Notes under the pieces: model-generated
Told to the model about the DNA's origin: nothing
Seen by the model: the letters and a program-made list of their open reading frames with translations, nothing else
Database searches by the model: none
Shown: in pieces, positions 35,265 through 48,579 of the stretch
Layout: each line of letters opens with the position of its first letter
Position numbering within the stretch: position 1 is the first letter of the stretch
Program-made: the position numbers and the translations under genes
DNA from: Pristiophorus japonicus
Taxonomy: Eukaryota
Assembly: GCF_044704955.1 (NCBI RefSeq)
Contig: NW_027252090.1
Coordinates: 248,001 to 312,000, forward strand
Length of the DNA: 64,000 nt
Direction of reading: 5' to 3'

Positions 35265-38200
35265 GGCACTCTGCAGTGTTATTAAATGAGCTAAGGTCAC
35301 ACTTCTTCATTGTTCAGAGTAATCGGTTCCATCTTTTTAAAAAGTGTATCAATTGGTTGACGTGGTAACGAACAACCATGCACAAATGCAAAGAACAGTT
35401 GTTATCCAGGAAAATTAGCAGAAGAGCGTGAATAGGAGGCTTTCATGGAGAGACTCGACCAATACTTCGTGGCCAATGAGCTGGAATGGGACGAGAACGC
35501 TGCCAAATGAAGGGTGATACTCCTTACTGTTTGTTGGGCAACAACCTATGGCCTCATGAAGAACCTTCTGCCCCGGTGAAACCAACAGCTAAATCCTATG
35601 AAGAATTATGTATGCTGGTCCGGGAATCCTAAGGAAAGCATTTTGATGGCGAGATATCGGTTCTACACGTTTCAACGGTCGGAGGGCTAGGATGTGGCAA
35701 GCTATGTCGCTAAAATAAGGCGCATCGCAGGACATTGCGAATTTGTGGGATTCCGAGAACAAATGCTTCGAGACATTTTTGCAATGAGGTAATCCTTCAC
35801 AAACTGTTGACAGTTGAAACCCTGAATCGATATCAGGCCATAGCGATGTCCACCAGCGATAACACCAAATAAATTTTGCAGAGCAAAGAGATTTCGGCCA
35901 GTCCTGTGCTCAAAGTAACGTCATTTTCGAGCAGGAATATATATGGCAGAACGTACACTCTAGCGAATGCTGCACGATCTCAGATGACCCAGAGTCTGCC
36001 ATCATTCGTTAATGCGTAGCAGTTTACACCTTGTTGGCATTGTACGTGAAAGTCGCCCCCTCAATGCCGCTTCAAGCACTATGCGTGCAATGGTTGCTGA
36101 ACAATGGGACACCTCCAGCGAATGTTCAGGAACGCTGCAAACCCTATAAACCAGCACATTGCAGAGTAAGATCGATCCACTGTGGATCAGGATGAATTGG
36201 AGACTTGTACCGAGGAGGCAGAAGTGTATCGGGTACACTCATTCACCACGAAATATCCACCAATAAGGTTGAAATTTGAACTGAACAGAATTCCAGTGTC
36301 GATGGAACTTGTGCGAGTCAGTACATAATGAGTAAAAAGGCCTTCGACAGGCTGTGGTGCAACATCGCACAGAGGCCCAATCTCAGCCCCATTCACACCA
36401 ATCTAAGGGCTTACACGAAGGAATTAATCCCTGTAATTTGCAGTGCAGAAGTCAAAGTATCCTATAATGGAGCAGTACATGAACTCCCGGTATGGATCAT
36501 GCCAGGGGATGGCCCAACACTGTTTGGCAGAATCTGGCTGGGAAAAATCCGTTGGAACTGGGACAACATCCAAGCGGTTTCATCCGTCGACGATGCCTCA
36601 TGTGCCCAGGTTCTGAGCAGATTTCCATCGTTGTTCAATCCAAGCGTTGGGAGCTTCTTGGGGGCGAAAGTGCAGATCCATTTGGTTCCCGGTACAAGAC
36701 CCATCCACCACAAGGCACGGGCGGTACCGTATATGATGCATGAGAAAGTAGTAATTGAGCTGAACAGGCTGCAGCGAGAAGGCATCATCGCACCGGTGGA
36801 ATTCAACGAGTGGGCCAGTGTGATTGTCCCGGTCCTTAAAGAGTACGGCACGGTCAGAATTTGTGGGGACTATAAAGTAACGACTAACCGTTTTTCGCTC
36901 CAGGACCAGTATCCGCTATCCAAGGCAGACGAGCTATTTGCGACCCTTGCTGGAGGGAAGACGTTCACCAAGCTGGACCTGAACGCGGCCTAAATGATGC
37001 AGGAGCTGGACGAGTCTTTGAAAGGCTTCACCTGCACCAACACACACAAAGCTCTGTTCATGTATATCTGATGCCCGTTCGGGATTCGGTCGGCCGCGGA
37101 AATCTTCCAATAGAACATGGAACGCCTGCTAAAGTCGGTTGCTCGCACCGTGGTCTTCCAGGACGAAATACTAGTTGCATGTCTGGACACCATTGAGCAG
37201 CTGAAGAATCTGGAAGAGGTTCTTTGTCGGTTGGATCACGTGGGACCCATGTTGACACGCTCAAAGTTTTTTTTCCTGGAACCGGAGATCGAGTTCATGG
37301 GAAGAAAAATCGCAGCAGACAGCATCAGACGCACCAACGCCAAAACGGAGGCCATCAAGAACGTGCCGAGACCACAGAACGTGACAGAGCTTCAATCAGT
37401 TGTGGGGCTCCTTCATGATTTTGGTAATGTCCTACCTGGGTTAAGCACACTGCGAAAACCCCTACATGTGCTACTGCGCAAGGGAGACGACTGTGTCTGG
37501 GGTAATTCACAAGAGGCTGCCTTTGAGAAAGCATGAAATCTGTTGTGTTCAAACAAACTGCATGCCCTGTATAACCATTGTAAACAATTAGTGCGAGCCT
37601 GCGTGTTACAACAGGCTAAAGAATTGAGGATTTTGAAACCGGTCACTTATGTGTCCAGGAGCTTGTCCAAGACCGAAAGGGCCAACAGCATCATTGAAAA
37701 AGAGACTCTGGTATGCGTTTACGGGATTAAAAAAAAGCACCAGTGTTTGTTTGGCCTCAAGTTTGAGCTTGAAATTGAACACAAGCTATTCTCTGAGAGC
37801 AAAGCGATTAACACCAATGCCTCTGCCAGCATCCAAAGATGGGCGCTCACGCTGTCAGCATACAACTAGGTAATCCGCCACACGCCTGACACAGAGAACT
37901 GCCCTGATGCTCTCAGTCGGCTACCATTGCCCACCACCGGGGTGTAAATGGCACAGCCTGTGGACTGGCTCATGATAATGGATGCATTCGAAAACGAAAC
38001 GTCACCTATTACACTCCGGCAGATCAGAACCTGGACCATCCAGGATCCTTTACTGTCCTTGGTTTAAATAACTGTGTCCTCCATGGGACTGGTCCAGCGT
38101 CCCAGCGGAGGTGCAGGAGCTGATCAAGCCGTTCCACAGGCGCATCAATGAAATGTCCTCGCAGGCGGACTGTATGTTGTGCGTTAATCGCGTGGACTTG

Positions 38201-39588
38201 CCAAAGAAACGCATAGATACGTTCATCTGTGAACTGCACTGCACTCTCCCAGGCATGGTAATGATGAAAGCCATAGCCAGATCCCATGTGTGCTGGCCTA
38301 GCGTCGTCTCAGATTTAGAGTCATGCGTGCACCAGTGCAACACATGCTCTCAGCTGAGCAATGCACCCAGAGAGGCACCGCTAAGTTTGTGGTCGTGTCC
38401 CTCCAAACCGTGGTCGAGGATCCATGTGGACTATGCGGGGACATTGCTGGGCAAAATGTTCTTGGTTGTCATGGATGCTTACTCAAAATGTATTGAATGT
38501 GTAACAATGTCTGCAAGCACGTCCACGGTCACCTTTGAAAGCCTTTCAGCCATATTTGCCACGCAGGGCCTGCCTGATGTCCTACTCAGCGACAATGGGC
38601 TGTGCTTCACCAGTGCTGAATTCAAGGAATTCATGATCCGCAATGGGACCAAGCACGTCAGATTTTCCCGACTCAACCTGCATCCAACGGCCAGGCAGAA
38701 TGGGCAGTTCAGACCATTAAGCAAAGCTTGAAACGAGTGATGGAAGGCTCACTGCAGACCCGGCTATCCCGAGTGCTGCTCAGCTACCCACCAGACCCCA
38801 CTCACTCACCGGGGTTCGCCCAGACGAACTGCTCATGAAAAGGGCGCTAAAAGGAGGACTCTCTCTTGTCCACCCTGACCTCATTGATCATGTGGAGGGC
38901 AAGTGGCATCAACAAAGTGTGTATCATAATCGCGCAAATTTGTCACGCGAAATTGAGGTCAATGAACCAGAATTTGTACTCAGTTATGGACATGGTCACA
39001 AATGGCTCGCTGGTACGGTCATCACCAAAGAGGGGAGCAGGGTGTTTCAGGTCAAATTGGCCAATGGACTAACGTGCAGAAAAATTTGGACCAAATCAAA
39101 TTGCGGTTCACCAACAGCTACGAACAACCCGTAGAAGACAACACCAACTTTGACCCTCCACAATACACACAAGTGGCAACCGACATGATGGTTGACCACA
39201 AAACCGAACTCACCATCCCCAGCAGCCCGGCAAGGCCGGCTGCCCAGCTGCCGAGTAAAGAACTAACCAACCCACCCACACCCGCATTTGTACCGAGATG
39301 ATCGACAAGGGAGCGAAAAGCCCCAGATTGTCCCACCCTGTAAATAAGTGTACTATTAAATTTACGAGGGAGTGATGTTATGTATTTAACACCTTCCACC
39401 CTGTATTATATCAACACCAGAGTGACTATCTGTTGGAGTCCCAAGGGATCCCAGCATCACTTTGGACCACGGTATATAAGTAGGCCACTCACGAGGTACC
39501 GGCACACTGGAGTCTTATTAAAGGAGCGAAGGTCACACTTGTTCATTATTCACAATACTCAATTTCATCCTTTATTACGAGTGTATCA
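35265..39588 (+). mobile_element. Decayed Ty3/Gypsy LTR retrotransposon (K02A2.6-like gag-pol)
   Basis: gag ERLDQYFVANEL; RT RICGDYK, YPLSKADELFATLAGG, FQDEIL; integrase H..H..CNTC, PWSRIHVDYAG, SDNG. 3' LTR TG...CA at 39376-39588 after a purine tract; truncated 5' LTR at 35265-35351. Confidence 0.92.
39376..39588 (+). repeat. Gypsy 3' LTR (213 bp)
   Basis: TGTTATG...GTGTATCA, TATAA box near 39475; its last ~88 bp match 35265-35351. Confidence 0.85.
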
Positions 39589-40644
39589 GATTGTACTGAT
39601 AGGGCGATAAATACATATTCAATAGTAGCCTTCAAAAGGAAATTGTGTAAATACTTGAGGGAGAATAAAATTCAGGGATATAGGGAAAGAGCGGGGATTG
39701 GGACTAACTAGATTGCTCTTCGAAAGAGCCGGCACAGACACTATCGGCTGAATTGTCATCTTCTGTGCCGTACTATGAGTGATCATAATGTGGTTGAATT
39801 TCAAATTCAGTTGGAGGGTGAGATAGTTTGATCTCAAAGCCAGTGTCCAAACTTATTAAAGGAGACTACAAAGGTATGAGGGAAGAGTTGGCTAAAAGGT
39901 ACTGGGAAAATAGATAAAAGTGTGGGATGTTGATGAGCTGTGGCAGATATTTAAGGAGATATTTCATAACTCCCAACAAAAATATATGCAATGAGAAGGC
40001 AAGATTGTAAGAGAAGGGATAAATATCCGCGGCCAAATAAGGAAATAAGGGATGGTATCAAATTCAAAACAAATGCGTACAATGTGGCCAAGACAAATGG
40101 AGGCCAGAGGACTGGGAAACTTTAAAAAACCAGCAACGATAAACTAAACAGATGATAAAGAGAGGGAAGATCGATTATAAAAGTAAACTAGCACGAAATA
40201 TAAAAACAGATAGTAAGATTTTCTGCAGTTCCATAAAAAGGAAAAGAGTGGCTAAAGTAAATGTTGATCACGTGTAGGATGAGACTGCGGAATTAATAAT
40301 AGAGAAAAGGGAAATGGCAGAGATGTTGAGCAAATATTTTGTATCCATCTTCATGGTAGAAGGCACTAAAACATCCCAATAGTGGATAATCAAAGGGCTA
40401 TAGGGAGGGAGGAACTTATTACTATCACTGTCAATAATGAAGTGATCTCAGTAAAATAATGGGACTAAAGGCGGACAAGTCCCATGTACCTGATGGCTTA
40501 CAAGGGTCTTAAAAGAAGTGGCTGTCGAAATAGTGGATACATTGGTTGCAATCTAGCAACATTCCCTGGAACAGAGTATTGGCTAACAAACAGATCAGCG
40601 AGTCACGATAAATGAGTCATTTTCCGGTTGGAAAACAGTGACTT

Positions 40645-41160
40645 TTGAATATATCTAACCAACTGACCACAACAACTTTATGTGGTAGAGAATTCCACAG
40701 GTTTACAATTCTCTGAGTGAAGAGGTTTCTCCTCGTCTCGGTCGTAAATGACTTACCGCTTATTCTTAGACTGTCACCCCTGATTTTGGACTTCTCCTAC
40801 ATCGGGAACATTCTTCCTGTTTCTTACTGTCCAATTCCGTCAGAATTTCATATGTTTCTATGAGATCCCCTCTCATTCTTCTAAACTCCATTGAATATAA
40901 GACTAGTTAATCCAATCTTTCTTCATATGTCAGTCCTGTCATCCCGGGAATCAGTCTGGTGAACCTTCGCTGCACTCCCTAAATAGCAAGTACGTCCTTC
41001 TTCAGATTAGGAGGTCAAAACTACACACATTACTCAAAGTTTGGTCTCATCAAGGCCATGTACAACTACAATAAGACTTCTCTGCTCCTATACTCAAATC
41101 CCTTCGATATGAAGGCCAGCATGTCATTTGCTTTCTTTACTGCCTGCTGTAGCTGCATGC
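40645..41160 (-). mobile_element. CR1 fragment
   Basis: Reverse complement of the CR1 C-terminal region (aattccacaggtttacaattctctgagtgaag...). Confidence 0.75.
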
Positions 41161-41599
41161 CAAGTTTATATTGAACTAGAACTTGCCTCAGTTAATATGG
41201 CATTAAATGCTGTAACTCCCGGGACATGTACAACATGTGTCAGATACAGAATAAAGCTCCTTCTAAACTGCTCCATCAAATACCCCGAGGGCAGGTACAG
41301 CATGGTTTAGAAGTAATGTAAAGCACCATTTATGCATCACCATTAAATGCTACCAGGTCAGATACAACCAGTTTAGTTTAATGTTAACTCCCTCCACACT
41401 GTCCCATGAAACACTCCCAGATCATTTAATTCACGGGTCATATTTTGGATTATAGCTCCCTCTGCACATTCCAATCAATTTGGTTCAAGGCATATCATTA
41501 TGGCTCAAGGAAAACTTTTGTTAGTTGTTGATATCTAGTTGTGGGGGAATGCCCATTATCCATTTTTGAGAGACAAGATGGAAAGATAGGACAAGACGG

Positions 41600-44500
41600 A
41601 ATGGGGAATAGATAGGCGTTTCTGCCGCCGCAACCGAGACTCCAGGATGGTATGCAGCTAGGGTCAATGATGTCTCAGAGCGGGTGCAGGACATTCTAAA
41701 AAGGGAGGGAGAACAGCCAGTTGTCGTGGTGCACATTGGTACCAACGACATAGGTATGAAAAAGGGATGAGGTCCGACGAGACGAATTTAAGGAGCTAGG
41801 AGCTAATTTAAAAAGTAGGACCTCAAAAGTAGTAATCTCGGGATTGCGACCAGAGCCACGTGCTGGTCAGAGCAGCAATCGCAGGAAAGCGCAGATGAAT
41901 ACGTGGCTTCAGCTGTGGTGCATCAGGGAGGGATTCAATTTCGTGGGACATTGGAACAGGGGAGGTGGGACCAGTACAAACCGGACGTTCTGCACCTGGG
42001 CAGGACCGGAAGCAATGTCCTCGGGCGAGTGTTTGCTCGTGCTGTTGGGGAGGAGTTAAACTAATATGGTAGAGGGATGTGAAACAATGCAGGCAGACAG
42101 AGGGAAACAAAAAGGAGACAAAAGCAAAAGACAGAAAGGAGATGAGCAAAAGTGGAGGGCAGAGAATCCCAAGGCAAAAAACAAAAAGGGCCACTGAATA
42201 TAAAGGGGCTGCAGGAGGGGTCAAAACTAGAAATCATGGTTAAAAAACTAGGTTTAAACCATTCTACATAAACGCACGCAGCATTCGAGATAAAGTAAAT
42301 GATTTGACGGCACAAATCATTACAAATGGGTATGATTTGATGACCATTACATAATCATGGTTGCAAGGTTCCAAGACTGGGAATTAAACATACAGGTGTA
42401 TTTGACGATTCGGAAAGATAGACAAGAAGGGAAAGGAGGTGTGGTAGCTCTGTTAATAAAGAATGATATCAGGGCAGTTGTCAGAGACGATATTGACTCT
42501 AATGAACAAAATGTTGAACCATTGTGGGTGGAGATTAGAGTTAGTAAGGGGAAAAGTCACTGGTGGGCGTAATGTATAGGCCCACAAATAACAACTTCAC
42601 GGTGGGGCATACAATAATCAAGGAATGATGGAGGCATGTGAAAAAGGAACGGCAGTAGTCATGGGGGATTTTAACCTACATTTCGATTGGTCAACTCAAA
42701 TCGCACGGGGTAGCCTGGAGGAGGAATTCATAGAATGCATACGGGATTGTTTCTTAGAACAGTATGTTACAGAACCTAAAGGGAGCAAGCTATCTTAGAT
42801 CCAGTCCTATGTAATGAAACAGGAAAAATAAACGATCACCAAGTAAAAGATGCTCTCCGAATGAGCGATCACAGTATGGTTGAATTTGAAATATAGATTG
42901 AGGGTGAGGCAGTTGTGTCAGAAACGAGCGTACTATGCTTAAACAAATGGGACGACAGTGGGATGAAGGCAGAGTTGGCTAAAGTAGACTGGAAACAAAG
43001 ACTAAACGATGGCACAATTGAGGAACAGTGGAGGACTTTTAAGGAGCTCTTTCATAGTGCGCAACTAAAATATATTCCAATGAAAAAGAAGGGTGGTAAG
43101 AGAAGGGATAACCAGCCATGGATAACCAAGGAAATAAAGCAGAGTATCAAATCAAAGACCAATGCGTATAAGGTGGCCAAGTTTAGTGGGAAACTAGAGG
43201 ATTGGGAAAATTTTAAACAACAGCAATGAATGACTAAAAAAGCAATAAAGAAAGGAAAGATAGATTACGAAGGTAAACTTGCACAGAACATAAAAACAGA
43301 TCGTAAAAGCATTTACAGATATGTAAAACGGAAAAGATTGACTAAAGTAAATGTTGGTCCCTTGGAAGATGAGAAGGGGAATTTAATAATGGGAAATGTG
43401 GAAATGGCTGAGACTTTAAACAATTATTTTGCTTCGGTCTTCACAGTGGAAGACACAAAATCCATGCCAAAAATTGCTGGTCACATGAATGTGGGAAGGG
43501 AGGACCTTGAGACAATCACTATCACTAGGGGGGTAGTGCTGGACAGGCTAATGGGACTCAAGGTAACAAAGTCCCCTGGTTCTGATGAAATGCATCCCAG
43601 GGTATTAAAAGAGATGGCGGAATTTAGAGCAGATACATTTGTTATAATCTACCAAAATTCTCTGGACTCTGGGGAGGTACCATCGGATTGGAAAGCAGCT
43701 AATGTAACGCCTCTGTTTAAAAAAGGTGGCAGACAAAAGGCAGGTAACTATAGGCCGGTTAGTTTAACATCTGTAGTGGGGAAAATGCTTGAAACTATCA
43801 TTAAGGAAGAAATAGCAGGACATCTAGATAGGAATAGTACAATCAAGCAGACGCAGCATGGATTCATGAAGGGGAAATCATGTTTAACTAATTTACTGGA
43901 ATTCTTTGAGGATATAACGAGCATGGTGGATCGAGGTGTACCGCTGGATGTGGTGTATTTAGATTTCCAAAAGGCATTCGATAAGGTGCCACACAAAATG
44001 TTACTGCAGAAGATAGAGGTGCGCAGATTCAGAGGAAATATTTTAGCATGCATAGAGAATTGGCTGGCGAACAAAAAGCAGAAAGTCGGGATAAATGGGT
44101 CCTTTTCGGGTTGGAAATCGGTGGTTAGTGGTGTGCCACAGGGATCGGTGCTGGGACCACAACTGTTAACAATATACATAGATGACCTGGAAGAGGGGAC
44201 AGAGAGTAATGTAACAACATTTGCAGATGACACAAAGATTACTGGGAAAGCGGGTTGTGTGGAGGACACAGAGGGGCTGCAAAGTGATTTGGATAGGTTA
44301 AGCGAATGGGCTAAGGTTTGGCAGATGGAATTTAATATTGGAAAGTGCGAAGTCATCCACCTTGGGAAAAAAAACAGTAAAAGGGAATATTATTTGAATG
44401 GGGGCATATTGCATCATGTTGAGGTGCAGAGGGACCTGGGGGTCCTTGTGCATGAATCCCAAAATGTAGTTTGCAGGTGCAGCAGGTAATCAGGAAGGCG

Positions 44501-45168
44501 AAAGGAATGTTGGCCTACATTGCGAGAGGGATGTAGTACAAAAGCAGGGAGGTCCTGCTGCAACTTTATAGGGTATTGGAAAGGCCGCACCTGGAGTACT
44601 GCGTGCAGTTTTGGTCACCTTACTTAAGGAATGATATACTGGCTTTGGAGGGGGTACAGAGACGATTCACTAGGCTGATTCCGGAGATGAGGGGGTTCCT
44701 TATGATGATAGATTAAGTAGACTGGGTCTTTACTCGTTGGAGTTCAGAAGCATGAGGGATGATCTTATTGAAACATTTATAATAATGAAAGGGATAGACA
44801 AGATAGAGGCGGAGATGTTGTTTCCACTGGTCGGTGAGACTCGAACTAGGGGGCACAGCATCAAAATACGGGGAAGCCAATTTAAAACCGAGTTGAGAAG
44901 GAATTTCTTCGCCCAGAATGTTGTGAATCTGTGGAATTCTCTGCCCAAGGAAGCAGTTGAGGCGAGCTCATTGAATGTATTCAAGTCACAGATAGATAGA
45001 TTTTGAACCAATAGGGGAATTAAGGGTTACAGTGAGTGGGCGGGTAAGTGGAGCTGAGTCCACGGCCAGATCAGCCATGATCTTATTGAATGCCAGAGCA
45101 GGCTCGAGGGGCTAGATGGACTACTCCTGTTCCTAATCCTGTTCCTAATTCTTATGTTCTTATGTTCT
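41600..45168 (+). mobile_element. Near full-length CR1 LINE: ORF1 SGNH-esterase remnant plus ORF2 (APE endonuclease and RT), disabled
   Basis: VVVHIGTND (esterase); NARSI, MGDFN, SDH (APE); ORF 43230-44489 with NYRPVSLTS, DFQKAFDKV, GVPQGSVLGP, FADD; (ttcttatg)n tail; in-frame stops and frameshifts. Confidence 0.93.
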
Positions 45169-46543
45169 TAAAGTAGAAATAGGAGAGGGAGAGGATACAG
45201 GAAATCCCCACTGACATTTGTGATGTCACTATACACGGTGACAAGCATCTTACCCCATTCTGTCTGTGGGTATCATCTTTAATTTATTCTCCTTTAATTT
45301 AGAGAAATGTACCAAAAAACAATTGTTGCTAGAATCTGTTGAGACATTTGCATTTCTTTCTCTGTTTATTTCTCTGCTGTGTTGCTGGGGAAACACTTAT
45401 TGTGTTTCTGTCACACAATACTCTATTCTGGGACCTCTATTTCTGTGTTTATTGACTTAAACGCCTCACTGGTTCCCATCAAGTGTTCATGGCAGCAAAA
45501 TCAGATCAACAGAGTCACTTATTGATTAATTTCAAGTCACAACAAGGGCTTATGTTAAGAATATTAACAGTTGGAACAACATTAATAGAAATATCTCGAA
45601 ACGTAATGTCGGGTTCTGTTTTGTTCAATTAGAACAGATGTGATTTATATCAAAGGGAATAAATATTAAAATTGATGATTCTGTTCTGAAAGTTCTGCTG
45701 CTGAAATCAATGGAACATCCCTGAACAGGCTGCTATTCCACTGGATCTCCAGTTAATGGAAGATTTAATCCACTGAAACTAAACAAATTAAAACAGTGAC
45801 CAGAGGAATGTCCTGCAATTGCATTGATGTTTGAGCTTTTTACATAGCGCAAGTTGTATTTTCAAATTTTGACATTTACAAACACCTTGCATAGATTATG
45901 GGCTCAGGTATCTGGAGTGGTGTTTAGTATCTATGCCCTTCTGAGTCAGAGGAAAGAGCGATCCCACGGAGCCGAGAATTGAACATATGACAGCTTGTAT
46001 TTTAAAATGCTGCCATTGAGCTCATCGTGTCTGAAGTTGAGGGCCTGAGCCTAGTCTTACACCGATCGGTTTAATTTCAGGTGCGAGTTCTCGTATCTTG
46101 CCTGCGGTGTCGTTTCCACAGTGGGATCTCCACTGGGTCCATATAAAAGTATGAGTGATTCCACAAGGAACAACTGGAAGTGCCCAAGGACGCAGGACTC
46201 ACGGAACTTGAGTTAAACACAGTGTGAGCTGCACCATCAGAGCAGCTGGAAGCTGGGACTGTCCTCCTTCGAGCCTAGCAGGTTCTGGCACTTATCAGAG
46301 GTGTTCAAAATGATGAGGAGTTTTGATCTTGTAATTTGGGATATACTCCATCACTCCCTCCACCCATCCCTCCTGCCCTCCATACCTCCAGCCCTCAATC
46401 CGTCAATCGCTCCCTCCCTGCACCATCTCGCCCTCCCTACCTACATCCCTCCAACCCTCCATCACTCCACCCATCCCTTGCTCCAATCCTCCCAGCCTCT
46501 ATCCCTCCTTTGGCCCAACCGATTTTTATTTTTCTCTTTGCAG

Positions 46544-46645
46544 TGTCTCTCCTTCCAGCTATTAGAATTACTCAGCTGGAATTTTATGAATCCATTTCCT
46601 TCACCGGGCTTTCACACATATTTACATATAAGAGAGACAGCGAAG
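46544..46645 (+). pseudogene. Exon-like segment A of an unidentified repeated gene (102 nt, phase 1/1)
   Basis: tttttatttttctctttgcag| ... AAG|gtaaat; open frame SLLPAIRITQLEFYESISFTGLSHIFTYKRDSE. The same frame is open in copies at 34398-34499 and ~60540-60630. Confidence 0.45.
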
Positions 46646-46878
46646 GTAAATATATATAGTTAACCCCACCCCAAATAAAACTGACAGAGATAAAAATGGT
46701 GAAATTTCCGGAGAGGGAGTTGGCTGGGGAACTGGCACTGGTTAGAAATTCTAGTTGGGGCAATCAGGGTAATTTTCCTTCTTTAAATAAAACAAATAAG
46801 GATAACAATTTAAAAGCTTGTTTTAAGACATCGTGGACTTTCAGCTGTTTCTTTTCCCTCCCCCTTTTCACTGTTCAG

Positions 46879-46927
46879 GACAGGCCAGTTCCCGCCTGGA
46901 GCTCTCTGTCATTCTGTGTACAGGACG
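46879..46927 (+). pseudogene. Exon-like segment B (49 nt) of the same relic gene
   Basis: Polypyrimidine tract + ttcag| ... |gtagc. Copies at 34727-34775 and 60843-60891 (donor gtaaga). Splices in frame to segment A. Confidence 0.45.
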
Positions 46928-48579
46928 GTAGCACACACGTATTCGCTACGTGGACTGACTTGGAGAAGCTGGGACTGTTCTCCTTACAGCAGAGAAGGGT
47001 GAGAGGAGATTTACCAGATTGGTACCAGGGATGAAAGACTAGGAACACTAGTTAGGACCCAGCTGGAATAATGTGTTCAATTCTGAGCACCACACTTTAG
47101 GAAGGACGTGAAGACCTTCGAGAGGGTACAGAAGCAATTTACTGGAAAGGCATCAGGAATAGGGGTTTCAAATTACGTGGAGAGACTGGAAAAGATGGGG
47201 CTGTTCTCCTTCGAGCAGAGAATGTTAAGAGGAAATTTAGTAGACTAGTACGAGGCAGCGGAAGGAACGTGCAGCAAACCAGTCTGACCCACCCTTTCCT
47301 TCAACGGCTGGATTTCCCACCTGCGACAGAGACTGTAAATCCCAAATTGAATTGTTCAGTCACGTAAGAACTCACTTTTAGAGTGGACGCAAGTCTTCCT
47401 CGACTTCCAGGGGCTGCCTATGCCTATGATGATGACCAGGAAAGAGGGACATCAGTTAATGTGGAGAGACTGGAGAAGATTTTATTGTTCTCCTTAGAGG
47501 AGAGAAGACGAAGAGAAGATTTGATAGAAGTGTTTAACATCATCAAGGGTTTAGATAGAGTAACTAAATATAAACTGTTTCAGATGTAAGGTGATTAACA
47601 AAAGAACTAGAGGCGATATGTGGACGAACTTCTCTATGCAACCACTAGTTAGGATTTGGAGAGTATGGCCTGATAGGGTGCTAGATGCAGATTCAATAGT
47701 ATCTTTCAAAAGGAAATTGTATAAATACTTGAATGAGAATAAAAAGCAGGGATATCGGGAAAGAGTGGGGGAGTGGGACTAAGTGGATTGCTCTTCGAAA
47801 TAGCCAGCACCGACTCTATGGACTGAATTGCCACTTTCTGTGCCGGACTGATGTATGAGTGACCATAACGTGGTTGAATTTCAAATTCAGTTGGAGGTAG
47901 AGAGAGTTCATTGTCAAACCAGTATCCTCAGGTTTAATCAATAAGACTACAAAGGTATGAGGGCGGAGTTGGCCAAAGTGGACACGGAAAATAGATAAAC
48001 GTATGGGACAGTTGATGAGCAGTGACAGACAATTAACGAAATATTTCATGTCTCTCAACAAAAATATATCCCAATTAAGAGAAGGGATAACCATCCGTCG
48101 CTAAATAAGGAAATAAAAGGCAACAAATCAAAGACTAACAAAATGATTAGAAAAATAGAAACATAGAATCATGTAAAATACTTCCAGGAGTAGGCCATTC
48201 GACCCTTCGAGCCTGCACCATCATTCTACATGATCATGACTGATCATTCAATTTCAGTACCGCATGAATGCTTTCTCTCCATACGCTTTGATACATTTGG
48301 CCAAAAGGGCCACATCTAACTCCCTTTTGAATTATCTAGCGACTGGCATCAACAACTTTCTGTGGTAGGAAATTCCACAGGTTCACAATTCTCTGAGTGA
48401 ACATAGACTATGTATGTTAATTAGCATGAAATATATATATACAGATAGCAAGAGTTTCTATAGGAATATAAAAAGGAAAAGATTGGCGAGACTTAATGTT
48501 GGTCCCTTAGAGGACGAGACCGGGGAATTAGTAATGGAGAACATGGAAATGGCAGAAACTCTGAACAAATATTTTGTAT

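Larger units (their letters stand above)
28865..40645 (+). repeat. Composite tandem unit, copy 1
   Basis: Module order: 27-bp array, CR1 piece, LINE 3' end, 67-bp array, unique block (ggtcatattttgga 31574), DeuSINE(-), unique block (ggaacttgagtt 34059), CCT-rich tract, RTE tail, CR1. Carries extra CR1 and Gypsy insertions. Confidence 0.85.
41160..48135 (+). repeat. Composite tandem unit, copy 2
   Basis: Anchors ggtcatattttgga 41436 and ggaacttgagtt 46203; interrupted by the long CR1 at 41600-45168. Confidence 0.85.

Noticed and set aside
43230-44489. 419-aa ORF as a host gene or active retrotransposon
   Set aside because: It is the RT part of a CR1 ORF2 broken by an upstream stop and frameshifts.
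46203-46245. Minus-strand 43-nt mini-exon (cag|CTGCTCTGATGGTGCAGCTC...|gtgagt)
   Set aside because: No partner exons found on that strand, the acceptor is not conserved across copies, and the site is disrupted by CR1 in two copies.
47240-47370. Apparent third exon ending CAC|gtaaga (also near 35190)
   Set aside because: The segment is the 3' end of the RTE element (same sequence as 19992-20170 reversed), not host exon.
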